DNA from: a virus
Length of the DNA: 64,000 nucleotides
Direction: 5' to 3' (one strand)
Virus record (IMG/VR): IMGVR_UViG_3300045988_157201
A program made the position numbers and the translations under genes. Shown piece by piece: positions 45,770-56,034 of this stretch (positions are counted from its first letter, which is position 1; each line of letters starts with the position of its first letter). Below the pieces are notes generated by a model. The model was not told the DNA's origin. It worked only from the letters and a program-made list of their open reading frames with translations, and made no database searches.

Positions 45770-48700
45770 TTATATGTTAAATTTATTATTAACAATAGAT
45801 GTCATAAGTTTATTAATTGCCATATCAGAAATTCTGTTAGCCTGTTCTTTGAGAGCATTGACCGTTGTTTGAGTAGCATCGCCTTGAATAACTACATTTA
45901 TAGAACTTGTCATAGATGTGTTATTAATACGAGGAACATTACTCTTTTGATTTAGAAAAGCAGAAGGATTAGAAGCTATGTCATATAGTGTGTTAGTCAT
46001 AGTCTTACTAAATACAGGATTTCCCTCTGGGAGAATAGTATATCTACCTTTGCTTAACTGATAGGGGATTAATTCAGTATTAATCCCCTCCTCGTCAACA
46101 ATAGATAATCCACCTTTTGCAGACTTTGTTCCGTTAGCATATTTACCGGAAGGAAGGGGTAGATACGCCTTGGTTATGTATTTAGACGGGTTTGCAATCC
46201 AAGATGATAGTGTCGGAACTTTTCCAAAAGGAGTATTCACATATTCGCTTTCAGATTTATTACCATTTTTATTACCATTGCCTGACTTGTTTCCTGATTT
46301 TTTGCTGTCGTCATTAGGCAAAACTTCTAATAATTTTTCAACCTTTTCACGATAATCATCAATAGCCTGTCCGTTGTTAGTTATGCTTGTTGTAGTGTCA
46401 TCAATCGAATCACTAACCGAGTCAATAGCGCTTGAAACATCATCAATCTTTCCACTAACTGTATAAATTTCTCCTTGCATTATATCAAGTAATGCAAGTG
46501 TACCAATATTAGAGTTGTTGTATTCAGATAATGCAATTTGAGCATTATCCCAAAGATAGTCAAATTCACTCTTACTCTTAGTTGTATAAGTGGAAATATA
46601 ATTATACAGTTGTCCGTAAAGTTCACCACTATCGTTATCAATTCTACTACAAGCATCCCTGTAAAGTTTAACTTCATCACTAAGATAATCGTCAATAGAA
46701 TTAATAAGATTATCCCAATACTCATCTTGTTGCTCTTTCATTTTATCAAGAGCGTCTGACCTCATATCATATTCTCTATCAGTAAGAGTATCAAGCATGT
46801 CATTGCGACTTGAGTTAAGTGTGTCTTGAGCTTCTTTTGCGTTCTTTTTGCCGGCACTACTATCATCAAGGCTTGCGACCGCTGACGATAAGGAATCTTT
46901 AGCCACTGTATTTTGACTTTCTGAAATCTTTTTATTCCACTCATACTCGTTCTTTTCAGTTTCAAGAAGTTCTTTCCTCTTATCAATTAACTCGTCAATA
47001 GATTCCTTTTGCTTTTCATACTCATCTTTGATTAATTCATTCTCTTTTTTGATTAAGTCTGTAACAAGGTCAACTAAATCCGAAATATTACTCTTCGCAT
47101 CTTCAAGAGATTTTTCCTGCTTTTCAAGTGCGTCTTTTTGATTTTCAAGAATTTTCTTTTGAGCCTTTAAAGCATTTTCTGCTCCCTCTGTGTACCCAAG
47201 GAAAGCATCAGTATTTGATTCTAAAGAAGTTTCAGCTTGGTCTATTAAAGCAATATATTGAGAATATTGAGTTAAAACGCCCTTAATGGCGTCTTTGCTT
47301 ACACCCTCAGCTAATTTATGGGCAATAGCAAGTTTTAATGTAGCTTCAGTGAGATTATTTGTACTACCTGTTAAATCATCATTACTTTTTGATTGTGTTT
47401 CAGTTGACAGAGAATTAATATTGCTAATAGCAGATTGCAATTGTGTATACTTTAAATTCTCTAATTGAGCCTTCGCAAGAGCAATATAGGATTTTTTGTT
47501 TATTTGTAACTGCCCATTTTCATTAAATAAAGTGCTAACATAATCATCGCCAGCCTCAATAATATCCTTTAAATTATCAAAGGTAAAATAGCCATTTTCA
47601 TTGTAATCTGCGACAACAGAACTAAGAGACTCATAAGTAGTAGCAAGACTATCCATTGTTTTCTTGAGAGTCTCCATTCTTTCAGTTAATCTATCATCTG
47701 CTATAGCATATTGCCAATCTTCTGATTTTGTTATTGCTTCTTGAACAGCACTTGAGAGTTCGGGGAAAATTGAAGCAAGTTGATTTGTAATTTCTACCTG
47801 TACGCTTTCCGATTCGGTAGCATCTAAACAAGCCTCTTTGAATTTATTAAATTCCTTAGCCGAAGTTGGGATGCCTTCGCTAAGTTCTTTTGAATAAATT
47901 GTATTTTGCGCTCTTGCTTTGAGATAATTATTAATTAAATCATAGTTATCATCTGTACTATCAGTATCAGCAAAAATTTCTTTTAAAGTTTTGTAATAGT
48001 CCGAAGTGATTAATTTATCTCCGCCTTTACCTAACTCATTTGCTTTTGTTTCAATAGCAGAAATGGCTTTTTGAACTTTGTTATAATAATCTAACATTGT
48101 TTCTATGTTAGCAGTGTCAATATTAACACCAAAAGTAAAAGTCCGATTTCCTATTCCGTTTTGAGTGGCACTGGATGAACCTTCTCCGACATATTTGCCA
48201 AGGATATCAGAAGTAATCTTGTAAGCATCTTCACTACTACCACCCGAAATGTCTGTTAAAGATTTGTCATCTACCGCTTTCTTTTGAAAAGATGACCTTC
48301 CTCTATTTTTGATTTTATCTTCTGTTTCGGCACGAGCTGCGTTACTTCTATCATAGGCTGTTTGTAAATCAGCTTTAACTGAAGCCAAAACTGAATCAGC
48401 GTATTTTTTCTCCGCATTGGTAGCGTCTCCGAGAAGTTGAATTTTATCCTTTAACTGCTCGTTAACATTCTTAATAGCAGTCTCTTTTTCCTGTTCAGTT
48501 GCTTCTGTTCCAAGACTTGCATATAAGTCCCAAGCCTGCATTGTTTTATTGATAGCCTCTGCACTTTTATCTGCTTGTTCAATAGTATCTTCGTATGCTT
48601 GTCTTTGTGCTTCTTGATATGAGTTCCACATAGCAACACCGGCACTGATAGCAATAGTAGCAACTGCTATCCAAGTTGAAACAGATGAAAGAATACCTTT

Positions 48701-51685
48701 TGAAATTGAAATCTTTTTAGCAGATTGTTCAGCAGCTTCTCCACTTTTGATAAAAGCCTTAGCAGCATTATAAGATTCCACACTAATATGCCCTTCTTCT
48801 CTCAACAAGTCAAGATTAGCGGAAGTCAAATTTCGTGTGCCGTCAGTAATACCTTTTAGTACAATTTCGCCTTTTGTAAACTGTGTCATTTTCTCAAGGT
48901 CAGCAACACTTATCTTATGAAAGTCAGATAACAAAACCGCATTTTTTAAAGATAAAGCCTCAGTAGCCTGTGATAAAGAATTAGTAGCAAGTATCTGTTC
49001 CTGAAAGGCTTTTGGTATTTCAGTCGCATTTAAAACCGCTTTTTTTTGACTGTCAGAAAGTCCTTCTAAAGACTGTTTCATAGCCTCAAATGGCATATTG
49101 CCATCGGAATCCTTTAATGATGACAATGTAGATATTTCTGTAAAAGCAGTTGAAATATTGCTAATATTTCCTTTGATTGTACCTAAGTTCTTTATTAAAT
49201 TTCCAATTCCTATTGCACTAATGGCAACAGGGAGTAGACCTATTTTGTTAATTAAACCGTCTAAGCCATTTACTAAATCAGTTAACGCCCCAACAATATC
49301 TTTGATTTCGGAACTATTTATAAAATCTGTTGACAAACTCTGAAAAGAAGATTGTAAAGTATTTATTCTACCCTCAATACTATCCAACCAACGCTCTTGT
49401 TCTTTTAACGCAGACCCGTCTGAATTTTCAGAAGATACAAATGCTTTTTCAGCCTGTTTAAAGTTAGTAATTAATGCCGCTATTTGGTTGGCTCTTTGCT
49501 TTCCTGAAATAGTTTCCAAAAGTTCAGCTTGATTAGTTGAAGATAAGCTACTATATACTTCGCTAATTTCTTTTATAATTTCATATGTAGATTTGAAATT
49601 ATCGTTTTTATCAAAAATATTTACTTTACCATTTGTAAGGTTAAGAATTTGAGTCTGCATTTTAGAGATAGATTCAACATTATCATCAACTTCCTCACCT
49701 AATGACTCAAGTTCACCTTTCATACCTCTTAATCTAAGACTCAACACTTTAATGGAGTTACCCATTTCAGAAGCACTTTGGGTAATTTCAGTACCAGCAG
49801 TAAGCAGAGCAATAGTTTGGTCTATGTCATTACCTGCAACCGCTAAAGCCGCAGCCGAGTTAGCAAGTCCGTCACCCAAATCGCCCGAACTAACAGCAAA
49901 GTTATTTGATACTTCATTAAGTTTATCAATAATGCTTTCAGATTCACTTGCGTTCATATTAAACGCTTTTAATGTTGATACAATAGTAGAAGTGGCTTCA
50001 TCAATACCACTTAAATCATCACCAACATTTTTATACATAGTTGCAACTTTAGCCAAATCCTCAGACTCGCTAACAGTATATCCAAGTCGAGCAAAATCCG
50101 CTGTTGCATTAATAAAGTCAGACAAGTTAGAACCAAGTTCTTGCGAGTCTTTTTTAGCATTTTTCAAAAATCTACTATAAGAGCTATCAGTTTCATCTGT
50201 AACTTTCTTTAACTCAACCATAGCAGAGTCAACATCTTTTATATTTGAGTAAACATTTTTTAAGCCTTGAATAGCAAGATAAAATAATCGCGAAGCACTA
50301 AAAAAGTAACCAAAATGTTTCCAAGCCTCTTTTAATCCACTCACAAAAGTACCCGTTGCTACTCCTGCTTCCCTACACTTAATCTTGAAAGTTGATAGTT
50401 GTGCATTAAATTCTGATAAATCAGCAGTTGTTCTAAGTTCCTTACTTTTGGATATAAGATTATTTAATTCATTACTTAGAGAAGTATTATATTTAATCTT
50501 TGTCCAAGTATTAGCAAGCAACCTAACTTCACTTTGAGCTTTTTCAATTTTTGAATTTAAAATTGATTGTTGTTGTGCAGAATCCTTAACTGATTTATTG
50601 GCACTTTTGATTTCTGCATCAAATTCTTTATATTTAGCTTTTAAAACTGATACTTGTGCATTAAATTCTGTTAAGTCAGCATTAGTTTTAAGTTCTTTAC
50701 TTTTAGATATAAGATTGTTTAATTCATTCTTTAAAGAATCATTTTCAATCTCACTCCAAGTATTAGCAAGTGTTCTGACTTCGCTTTGTGCTTTTTCAAT
50801 TTTTGAATTTAAAATTGATTGCTGTTGTACGGCGTCTTTAACTGGGCTATTAGCACTTTTTACTTCGGCGTTATATTCTTTATACGCTAACTGACATTTT
50901 TTTAATTGAGTTTCTAACTGACTAAGTAAATTAAGTTGCTCTTGTTCAGGAAGATTACCTGAATATTTTGTTCGTAAGTTATTTAATTTTTGTTGTTCTT
51001 CTGTTAACTGATTAAATGCATTATCAGTTTTTTCGGTGTCCTGAATAGGGAAAGCCATATAATTAACTTTTTGATTAAACTCATCTATCTTAAAAGAAGT
51101 GTTTTTATAGCTTTCTTGTAATTTATTTAGTCTTTCCTGTTGCTTTTTAAAAACATTGTCCATTTTGCCATAGTCAGTATTCATACTGCTTATGTGCGCT
51201 TCAAACTGTTCACTTTCTTGATTAAACTGATAAACGGCTTTGGTAGTTCTTTTTAAGCCGTTCTCAAGCTCCTGAACATATGTAACAGTTGCTTTAGTTC
51301 CATTTTCAAAATCAACAATGCCCGATTTTGTTCCTGTAAATGAAACATTTGAAACTTTGCCTAAATTTTTACCGATGTCAGAAGCTACACTTTCAAGTTT
51401 TTGCTTTACAACATCAATTTGTTTAACATTTAAAATATCATTGAAATTAGCTTGTCCTAAGTCAAGCCTCATACCAGAAAAACTATTTTGAATAACCTTT
51501 TGTGCTTGCTGTGTAGCTTTTGAAATACCAGATTTGCTAATTTCATTAACAGAAATGTCAACTTTAACTTTATTAAGTTTACTACCTAAAGTTTCAATTT
51601 GTTTGTTTATTTCCTTAACTGCGTGTTCTTCATTAAGTTTCGCAGTAACTAATATCGTGGATTCGTGACCTATATTTCCTGCCAT
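45770..51685 (-). CDS. tail tape measure protein
   Basis: 1971 aa, coiled-coil rich, with a central hydrophobic segment (VSTWIAVATIAISAGVAMW). Its position upstream of Dit/Tal fits. Confidence 0.9.
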   Translation of the reverse strand: MAGNIGHESTILVTAKLNEEHAVKEINKQIETLGSKLNKVKVDISVNEISKSGISKATQQAQKVIQNSFSGMRLDLGQANFNDILNVKQIDVVKQKLESVASDIGKNLGKVSNVSFTGTKSGIVDFENGTKATVTYVQELENGLKRTTKAVYQFNQESEQFEAHISSMNTDYGKMDNVFKKQQERLNKLQESYKNTSFKIDEFNQKVNYMAFPIQDTEKTDNAFNQLTEEQQKLNNLRTKYSGNLPEQEQLNLLSQLETQLKKCQLAYKEYNAEVKSANSPVKDAVQQQSILNSKIEKAQSEVRTLANTWSEIENDSLKNELNNLISKSKELKTNADLTEFNAQVSVLKAKYKEFDAEIKSANKSVKDSAQQQSILNSKIEKAQSEVRLLANTWTKIKYNTSLSNELNNLISKSKELRTTADLSEFNAQLSTFKIKCREAGVATGTFVSGLKEAWKHFGYFFSASRLFYLAIQGLKNVYSNIKDVDSAMVELKKVTDETDSSYSRFLKNAKKDSQELGSNLSDFINATADFARLGYTVSESEDLAKVATMYKNVGDDLSGIDEATSTIVSTLKAFNMNASESESIIDKLNEVSNNFAVSSGDLGDGLANSAAALAVAGNDIDQTIALLTAGTEITQSASEMGNSIKVLSLRLRGMKGELESLGEEVDDNVESISKMQTQILNLTNGKVNIFDKNDNFKSTYEIIKEISEVYSSLSSTNQAELLETISGKQRANQIAALITNFKQAEKAFVSSENSDGSALKEQERWLDSIEGRINTLQSSFQSLSTDFINSSEIKDIVGALTDLVNGLDGLINKIGLLPVAISAIGIGNLIKNLGTIKGNISNISTAFTEISTLSSLKDSDGNMPFEAMKQSLEGLSDSQKKAVLNATEIPKAFQEQILATNSLSQATEALSLKNAVLLSDFHKISVADLEKMTQFTKGEIVLKGITDGTRNLTSANLDLLREEGHISVESYNAAKAFIKSGEAAEQSAKKISISKGILSSVSTWIAVATIAISAGVAMWNSYQEAQRQAYEDTIEQADKSAEAINKTMQAWDLYASLGTEATEQEKETAIKNVNEQLKDKIQLLGDATNAEKKYADSVLASVKADLQTAYDRSNAARAETEDKIKNRGRSSFQKKAVDDKSLTDISGGSSEDAYKITSDILGKYVGEGSSSATQNGIGNRTFTFGVNIDTANIETMLDYYNKVQKAISAIETKANELGKGGDKLITSDYYKTLKEIFADTDSTDDNYDLINNYLKARAQNTIYSKELSEGIPTSAKEFNKFKEACLDATESESVQVEITNQLASIFPELSSAVQEAITKSEDWQYAIADDRLTERMETLKKTMDSLATTYESLSSVVADYNENGYFTFDNLKDIIEAGDDYVSTLFNENGQLQINKKSYIALAKAQLENLKYTQLQSAISNINSLSTETQSKSNDDLTGSTNNLTEATLKLAIAHKLAEGVSKDAIKGVLTQYSQYIALIDQAETSLESNTDAFLGYTEGAENALKAQKKILENQKDALEKQEKSLEDAKSNISDLVDLVTDLIKKENELIKDEYEKQKESIDELIDKRKELLETEKNEYEWNKKISESQNTVAKDSLSSAVASLDDSSAGKKNAKEAQDTLNSSRNDMLDTLTDREYDMRSDALDKMKEQQDEYWDNLINSIDDYLSDEVKLYRDACSRIDNDSGELYGQLYNYISTYTTKSKSEFDYLWDNAQIALSEYNNSNIGTLALLDIMQGEIYTVSGKIDDVSSAIDSVSDSIDDTTTSITNNGQAIDDYREKVEKLLEVLPNDDSKKSGNKSGNGNKNGNKSESEYVNTPFGKVPTLSSWIANPSKYITKAYLPLPSGKYANGTKSAKGGLSIVDEEGINTELIPYQLSKGRYTILPEGNPVFSKTMTNTLYDIASNPSAFLNQKSNVPRINNTSMTSSINVVIQGDATQTTVNALKEQANRISDMAINKLMTSIVNNKFNI
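50372..50878 (-). repeat. tandem 84/85-codon duplication inside the tape measure gene
   Basis: aa 270-353 and 354-438 align (…KSAN.xVKDxxQQQSILNSKIEKAQSEVRxLANTW…NELNNLISKSKELxTxADLxEFNAQ…). The DNA offset is 255 nt. Confidence 0.85.
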
Positions 51686-51744
51686 ACTCTAATTCTCACC
51701 ACCTAATGAAAAAGAGATGACAGAAGCCACCTCAATTTTAATTA

Positions 51745-52296
51745 TTATTTAAATCTATATCCTTTATCATAAAGACTCATCTCAAAAATATCTCTCAATA
51801 AGCCACTTCTACTATTTAATTCTTTGACTGTAGCAGCAGCGAAAGGTCTTGCCTGTAAATACCTGTATTTTTTATTTGACAAATTATTGATTGTATAACC
51901 TATTCCACCAAATTTAGCCGTATATTTTTTTTCACCCAATTCAATAAGTTCAGGCAAACTAAACGGAGTCTGAAAAACTAAATCACCATAATTATTTAAC
52001 ATTAAATTTGGCTTTGCTTTACTAAAAACAGCCACAGTATGGTCGAAACTACCCATTCTACCCAATAACTTTTTGTCCCATTCATCTCTATCCAATAAAC
52101 TATATCGTCTGACATAATGGGGAATATTGTTTTTTTGCCCTCTATGATAATGAATTTTATATCTTTTATACACACTGCCCTCGGCGTGAGTTATAGCTGA
52201 ATCAGTTACATACTCCGACACCTCATTAGACATCACATTATCAATATCGTTACTAAGAGCTTTTATAAAATCCTGAACTGAATTAAAAATTGCCAT
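51745..52296 (-). CDS. hypothetical protein upstream of tape measure (chaperone position)
   Basis: 183 aa, in the position of the tail assembly chaperone genes. No slippery-site fusion seen. Confidence 0.45.
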   Translation of the reverse strand: MAIFNSVQDFIKALSNDIDNVMSNEVSEYVTDSAITHAEGSVYKRYKIHYHRGQKNNIPHYVRRYSLLDRDEWDKKLLGRMGSFDHTVAVFSKAKPNLMLNNYGDLVFQTPFSLPELIELGEKKYTAKFGGIGYTINNLSNKKYRYLQARPFAAATVKELNSRSGLLRDIFEMSLYDKGYRFK

Positions 52297-52320
52297 TTTA
52301 CTTAATCAGTTATCCTTTGC

Positions 52321-52974
52321 TTAAATAAAAGGCTTAAGAACTTCTTTATTTGAGCCATTTTCAATATTACTGTTCAAAGTTGAAACTTGATTTGCAACCT
52401 CTTTAATGCTTGAAAGCATTTTATCATTACCAAAGAGTTCGTCAAGTTTTTCACTTACCTTGTTAATAATTTTAATACCCTCTTCGCACTCAGAAGTTAA
52501 ACTATTCAATTTTATCTCGAAATAACTGTTTTTTGAACTTAATTTATCTTTTATATAACAATCTACAATATTTTCAATCATCACAAGACTATCGAAATAA
52601 CACGAAACGCTTTTATCTGTCTTACTACAAACAAAGTCGATTATGTTTCTTGCAATTTTATAATTTGTTTCATAGTCTATAATTTCAAATTCTTTTTCAT
52701 TACCATTAACATCTGTCTCTTTGACCTTTTTTGTAACAAGAGGAATATTAGTAAAAACTTTTAACCAAGCAATATTTGTAACAACCTCATAATATTGAGG
52801 ACAATATTCATTATCTATAAAAATTATCTGTTCAGCTAAAATAGGAACAAAGTCTAAATCAGCAAGTGACTTGATATTTTTATAAACTTCAAACATAAAA
52901 CCGTTCTCTAAAGTATATGATACACTCTCGTTTTTTGAGAGCCCTTTAATTTGCGTACTTGTCAATTTTTTCAA
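52321..52974 (-). CDS. hypothetical protein (tail assembly chaperone position)
   Basis: TTG 5 nt after GAGGTGGA. 217 aa. Confidence 0.45.
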   Translation of the reverse strand: MKKLTSTQIKGLSKNESVSYTLENGFMFEVYKNIKSLADLDFVPILAEQIIFIDNEYCPQYYEVVTNIAWLKVFTNIPLVTKKVKETDVNGNEKEFEIIDYETNYKIARNIIDFVCSKTDKSVSCYFDSLVMIENIVDCYIKDKLSSKNSYFEIKLNSLTSECEEGIKIINKVSEKLDELFGNDKMLSSIKEVANQVSTLNSNIENGSNKEVLKPFI

Positions 52975-53464
52975 AGAAATCCACCTCTAATAATTTTTGA
53001 TTTTCTGTTTTATTTAAAGTTGCAACCGTTGGAAACCTTTTTCTTATTCGTCTTTGTTTTTGAATAAACTCATAATCTAACCAACCACCGTCTACTTTTG
53101 AGTAAGCTACCCAATAATAGTCTATCTCTGGAAATGTTTTCCAAAACAATTTCCTTTTTAATTTAGCCACGGAGTCAGGCATACCCTTAGTGTCTAACAC
53201 AAATTCTTTGCCATTTGTTAATTTAACATAAAAATCTGCAACATATGTAATCGCCCTAACATTATGACCTTTTCTCTTAAATTCATTTTGTAGTACATAT
53301 TTCTTTTGCAATTCATATTTTGCAATTATGCCACTTTGCACATCCGGCAAAATGACTTCCTCATAAAATCTCTTTTCTAAACCACTATCAAAAATAATTC
53401 CGTCATTTGAAGTTCGTTTAATAGTATTTTTATCTACATTAAATTTTGTTCTGCTTTTTTTCAT
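52946..53464 (-). CDS. DUF1064-type nuclease-fold protein (Holliday-junction-resolvase-like)
   Basis: DGIIFDSGLEKRFYEE...VRAITYVADFYV...GKEFVLDTKGMPDSVAKLKRKLF matches the remembered DUF1064 pattern G..FDS..E...Y....Y.aDF.....G...v.D.KG.....lK.klf. Confidence 0.7.
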   Translation of the reverse strand: MKKSRTKFNVDKNTIKRTSNDGIIFDSGLEKRFYEEVILPDVQSGIIAKYELQKKYVLQNEFKRKGHNVRAITYVADFYVKLTNGKEFVLDTKGMPDSVAKLKRKLFWKTFPEIDYYWVAYSKVDGGWLDYEFIQKQRRIRKRFPTVATLNKTENQKLLEVDFFEKIDKYAN

Positions 53465-53538
53465 TGAGTTATTATACCTTGTTGTAAAAAATGGGAGAAA
53501 CAGTTTGTCTACCGTCCTCCCATTAAAATTACAAAATA

Positions 53539-53862
53539 TTAGTTTTTATTTCCCTTTGTGAATTTCTTAACAGTGCCATCTTTAAGATTCTCCTTGCTTG
53601 ATTTTGTTATGATATTATCATTATCATCAACTTCAACAGTCTTTAAATTCTTAATATCATTTATAACAATATCAGCAAAGGCTTGAGATGTACTTTCACC
53701 ATTCTGTGGAGAAACTTTAGATTCAGTTTCCTCAAGATACTTTTTTCCACATTCAAAAGAGCAAACTACACTTCGCCAATTAAATGTACCTGTTGTTGAA
53801 ATATTAACTCTGCAAGGATTGAACGGTTTAGAACAAATAGGACAGGTTTTATACACCTTCAT
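53539..53862 (-). CDS. hypothetical zinc-ribbon protein
   Basis: CPICSKPFNPC...CSFECGKKY. ATG after AAGGTGA. Confidence 0.5.
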   Translation of the reverse strand: MKVYKTCPICSKPFNPCRVNISTTGTFNWRSVVCSFECGKKYLEETESKVSPQNGESTSQAFADIVINDIKNLKTVEVDDNDNIITKSSKENLKDGTVKKFTKGNKN

Positions 53863-53874
53863 ATTAATTTCACC

Positions 53875-54678
53875 TTATACTTCAACATAATCAGCAGCAT
53901 CGTCATTAAAAAACTTCCAACGACCAATAATCTGATTAGCACCACATCTTGCTTTGATACACTTGCCTTCAAAACTCTGGTTAGCCTGACCGTCACCAAT
54001 GGTTGTCTCCATAGTGCCTGTTGGGTCAACAATATAAGCATCGTACTGCCACATTCTTACTGTGTTACAAGCATCTTCCCATTGACCTGTAACACGAACA
54101 GCAATCTTTTCTGATACTTTGTCAGCTCTTCTGTCTACAGAAGCACCTTCGGCAATCTTCCTTGTATAAGTCACAATCGCCATAGTTCCGTCAGGATGCT
54201 CATTTGCCTCAAACTCAATAAAGCCAGCAGTAGAAGTATCCTTTACAGGTGCAGTATATTTTACAGATTCACCAGCCTTGGCTGCTGTATCAACCTTATA
54301 TGTTTTGTCACCAACTTTAACAGACTCAATACCATCTAATGGCACATATGTAAGTGTTGCCTTATTCTTAGTAATTGCTACCGAATCATCCCAACCAATC
54401 TGAATTGAACCATCCTCAACTTCTGTGCCATAGCTGTCAGCAAGGAGATTTGCACTCACCATACCTGCTGTCCAACTAAGAGTTGTATTAGGATTTCTTT
54501 TAAGAACGCCAATGATAGAACCCTTTGAACCTACAAGGTCAGTGTTGTCCTGACCGTCCTTAACTGAAAACTGTGTAATTTCATCACATCTATACTTGTA
54601 AGCACCAAACATAGGTGTAAATACATCAACAGTATCAACACTTGTAAAAAGGACATCATTAATGTTAAACTTCGCCAT
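53875..54678 (-). CDS. major tail (tube) protein, putative
   Basis: Strong SD (GGAGGT), 267 aa, beta-rich composition, placed between the neck genes and the tape-measure block. Confidence 0.5.
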   Translation of the reverse strand: MAKFNINDVLFTSVDTVDVFTPMFGAYKYRCDEITQFSVKDGQDNTDLVGSKGSIIGVLKRNPNTTLSWTAGMVSANLLADSYGTEVEDGSIQIGWDDSVAITKNKATLTYVPLDGIESVKVGDKTYKVDTAAKAGESVKYTAPVKDTSTAGFIEFEANEHPDGTMAIVTYTRKIAEGASVDRRADKVSEKIAVRVTGQWEDACNTVRMWQYDAYIVDPTGTMETTIGDGQANQSFEGKCIKARCGANQIIGRWKFFNDDAADYVEV

Positions 54679-54734
54679 ATTTACCTCCGTTTAATTATTT
54701 TTTATTATTATTTGATTATAAGAAAAGACCAAAA

Positions 54735-55550
54735 TTATTTGTCAAATTCTAAGACAAAACAAGATTGGTCTTTTGTTGATAATTTTTCACTTAATACATT
54801 ACCTGTATAAACACCGATAGCAATATTACTTATATGAATATTATGCAATATTTGTTTTACCGACAAAGTAAATTCAATGTACTTTATATTCATTACTGTT
54901 TCAAAATTGTATTTAAAATCTTTATTATTAACCATTGTAACAAGATAGGACTCTAAAACACTATATTGTCTTGGATTTTTAGCTTTCTTTTTTAAATCTC
55001 TTTTTAATAAAGTGACAGCTCTATCTAAAACATATCTACCGGAAGCACCGCCAATATCTTCTTTTCTGTCATCTCTTTTTTCGCCAAGAATTTTACGAAT
55101 AGCTACAGCAATTTTATCCATATCATTTTCTGTAATAATAACTCTTTGTAAGTTATCAATTATAAAATAATGTTTTTTGCCATTTTCATTATCGGTTGTC
55201 ATACAAATCTGAATATCAGAAATATTAAAGCCTCTAAAGAACATAGAAAAAATATTTGCGTTTCTCTTCTTATTTACGCCAAACAGTTTTATTATTTCTT
55301 CATCAGTTCCACAGGATAATATTTTCAACTCATAAAGTGCCTGAATAAACAAATCATAAAAATTCAATGTTATATAATCAATTTTATTTAGCCATAGTTC
55401 TGCCCTGCGAGTGAAAGGCATAGCCGTCAAATGATACGCTAACAGAAAATAATCATCTTCGTTTTCATAGACTTCCTTAAAAGTTGGAATGTAAACCTGT
55501 ACATATTGGTTTATAGTAATCGTATCATTAAGAAAAATTTTATTTTGCAT
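54735..55550 (-). CDS. hypothetical structural/neck-region protein
   Basis: 271 aa in the head-tail joining block. Confidence 0.45.
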   Translation of the reverse strand: MQNKIFLNDTITINQYVQVYIPTFKEVYENEDDYFLLAYHLTAMPFTRRAELWLNKIDYITLNFYDLFIQALYELKILSCGTDEEIIKLFGVNKKRNANIFSMFFRGFNISDIQICMTTDNENGKKHYFIIDNLQRVIITENDMDKIAVAIRKILGEKRDDRKEDIGGASGRYVLDRAVTLLKRDLKKKAKNPRQYSVLESYLVTMVNNKDFKYNFETVMNIKYIEFTLSVKQILHNIHISNIAIGVYTGNVLSEKLSTKDQSCFVLEFDK

Positions 55551-56028
55551 ATGTTAAATTACCTTTATCAGTAATATTATTAAAATCTCTTACCGCATAA
55601 GTAAGTTGATAACCGTGATAATCTTGAGTTGCCGTAAAATTACCATCGAACTTAACTAAGTTCATTTCACCTAATGCTATTTCATTAGTTCCGTTAAACA
55701 GATTATCTATGACAGTTGCGATTAAGGTTGTACGCTTACCTTTATCCGTTCTTAACAAACTATCGTGACAAAAAATATAAAAATTTATATACAGCATTTT
55801 TTCAGTTTTGCCACCATAAACTTCACCGCTAATACCAAAGCAAATATAAGTTTTAGCACTATCGTTAACCTTTGGATAATAAACTTCCGGTCGAATACAA
55901 TCCCATTTTAATTTATTGCAATCATATTCTATATCACCGTTATCAAGTAATCTTTGAACATCCTTGTCCTGACAAAGTTTTTTTAAAATTTGAGCCTCAT
56001 AAATATTTAAATTATTTAATTTTGCCAA
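55540..56028 (-). CDS. hypothetical neck/tail-terminator-region protein
   Basis: 162 aa, TTG start, overlaps the next gene by 11 nt. Confidence 0.45.
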   Translation of the reverse strand: MAKLNNLNIYEAQILKKLCQDKDVQRLLDNGDIEYDCNKLKWDCIRPEVYYPKVNDSAKTYICFGISGEVYGGKTEKMLYINFYIFCHDSLLRTDKGKRTTLIATVIDNLFNGTNEIALGEMNLVKFDGNFTATQDYHGYQLTYAVRDFNNITDKGNLTYAK

Positions 56029-56034
56029 TAATTA

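Noticed and set aside
52290-52330. Programmed -1 frameshift joining the two ORFs upstream of the tape measure (gpG/gpT-style chaperone)
   Set aside because: Reading past the stop at 52321 in either alternative frame hits stops within a few codons (TAA in both). No slippery heptamer was seen. The downstream ORF has its own ATG.
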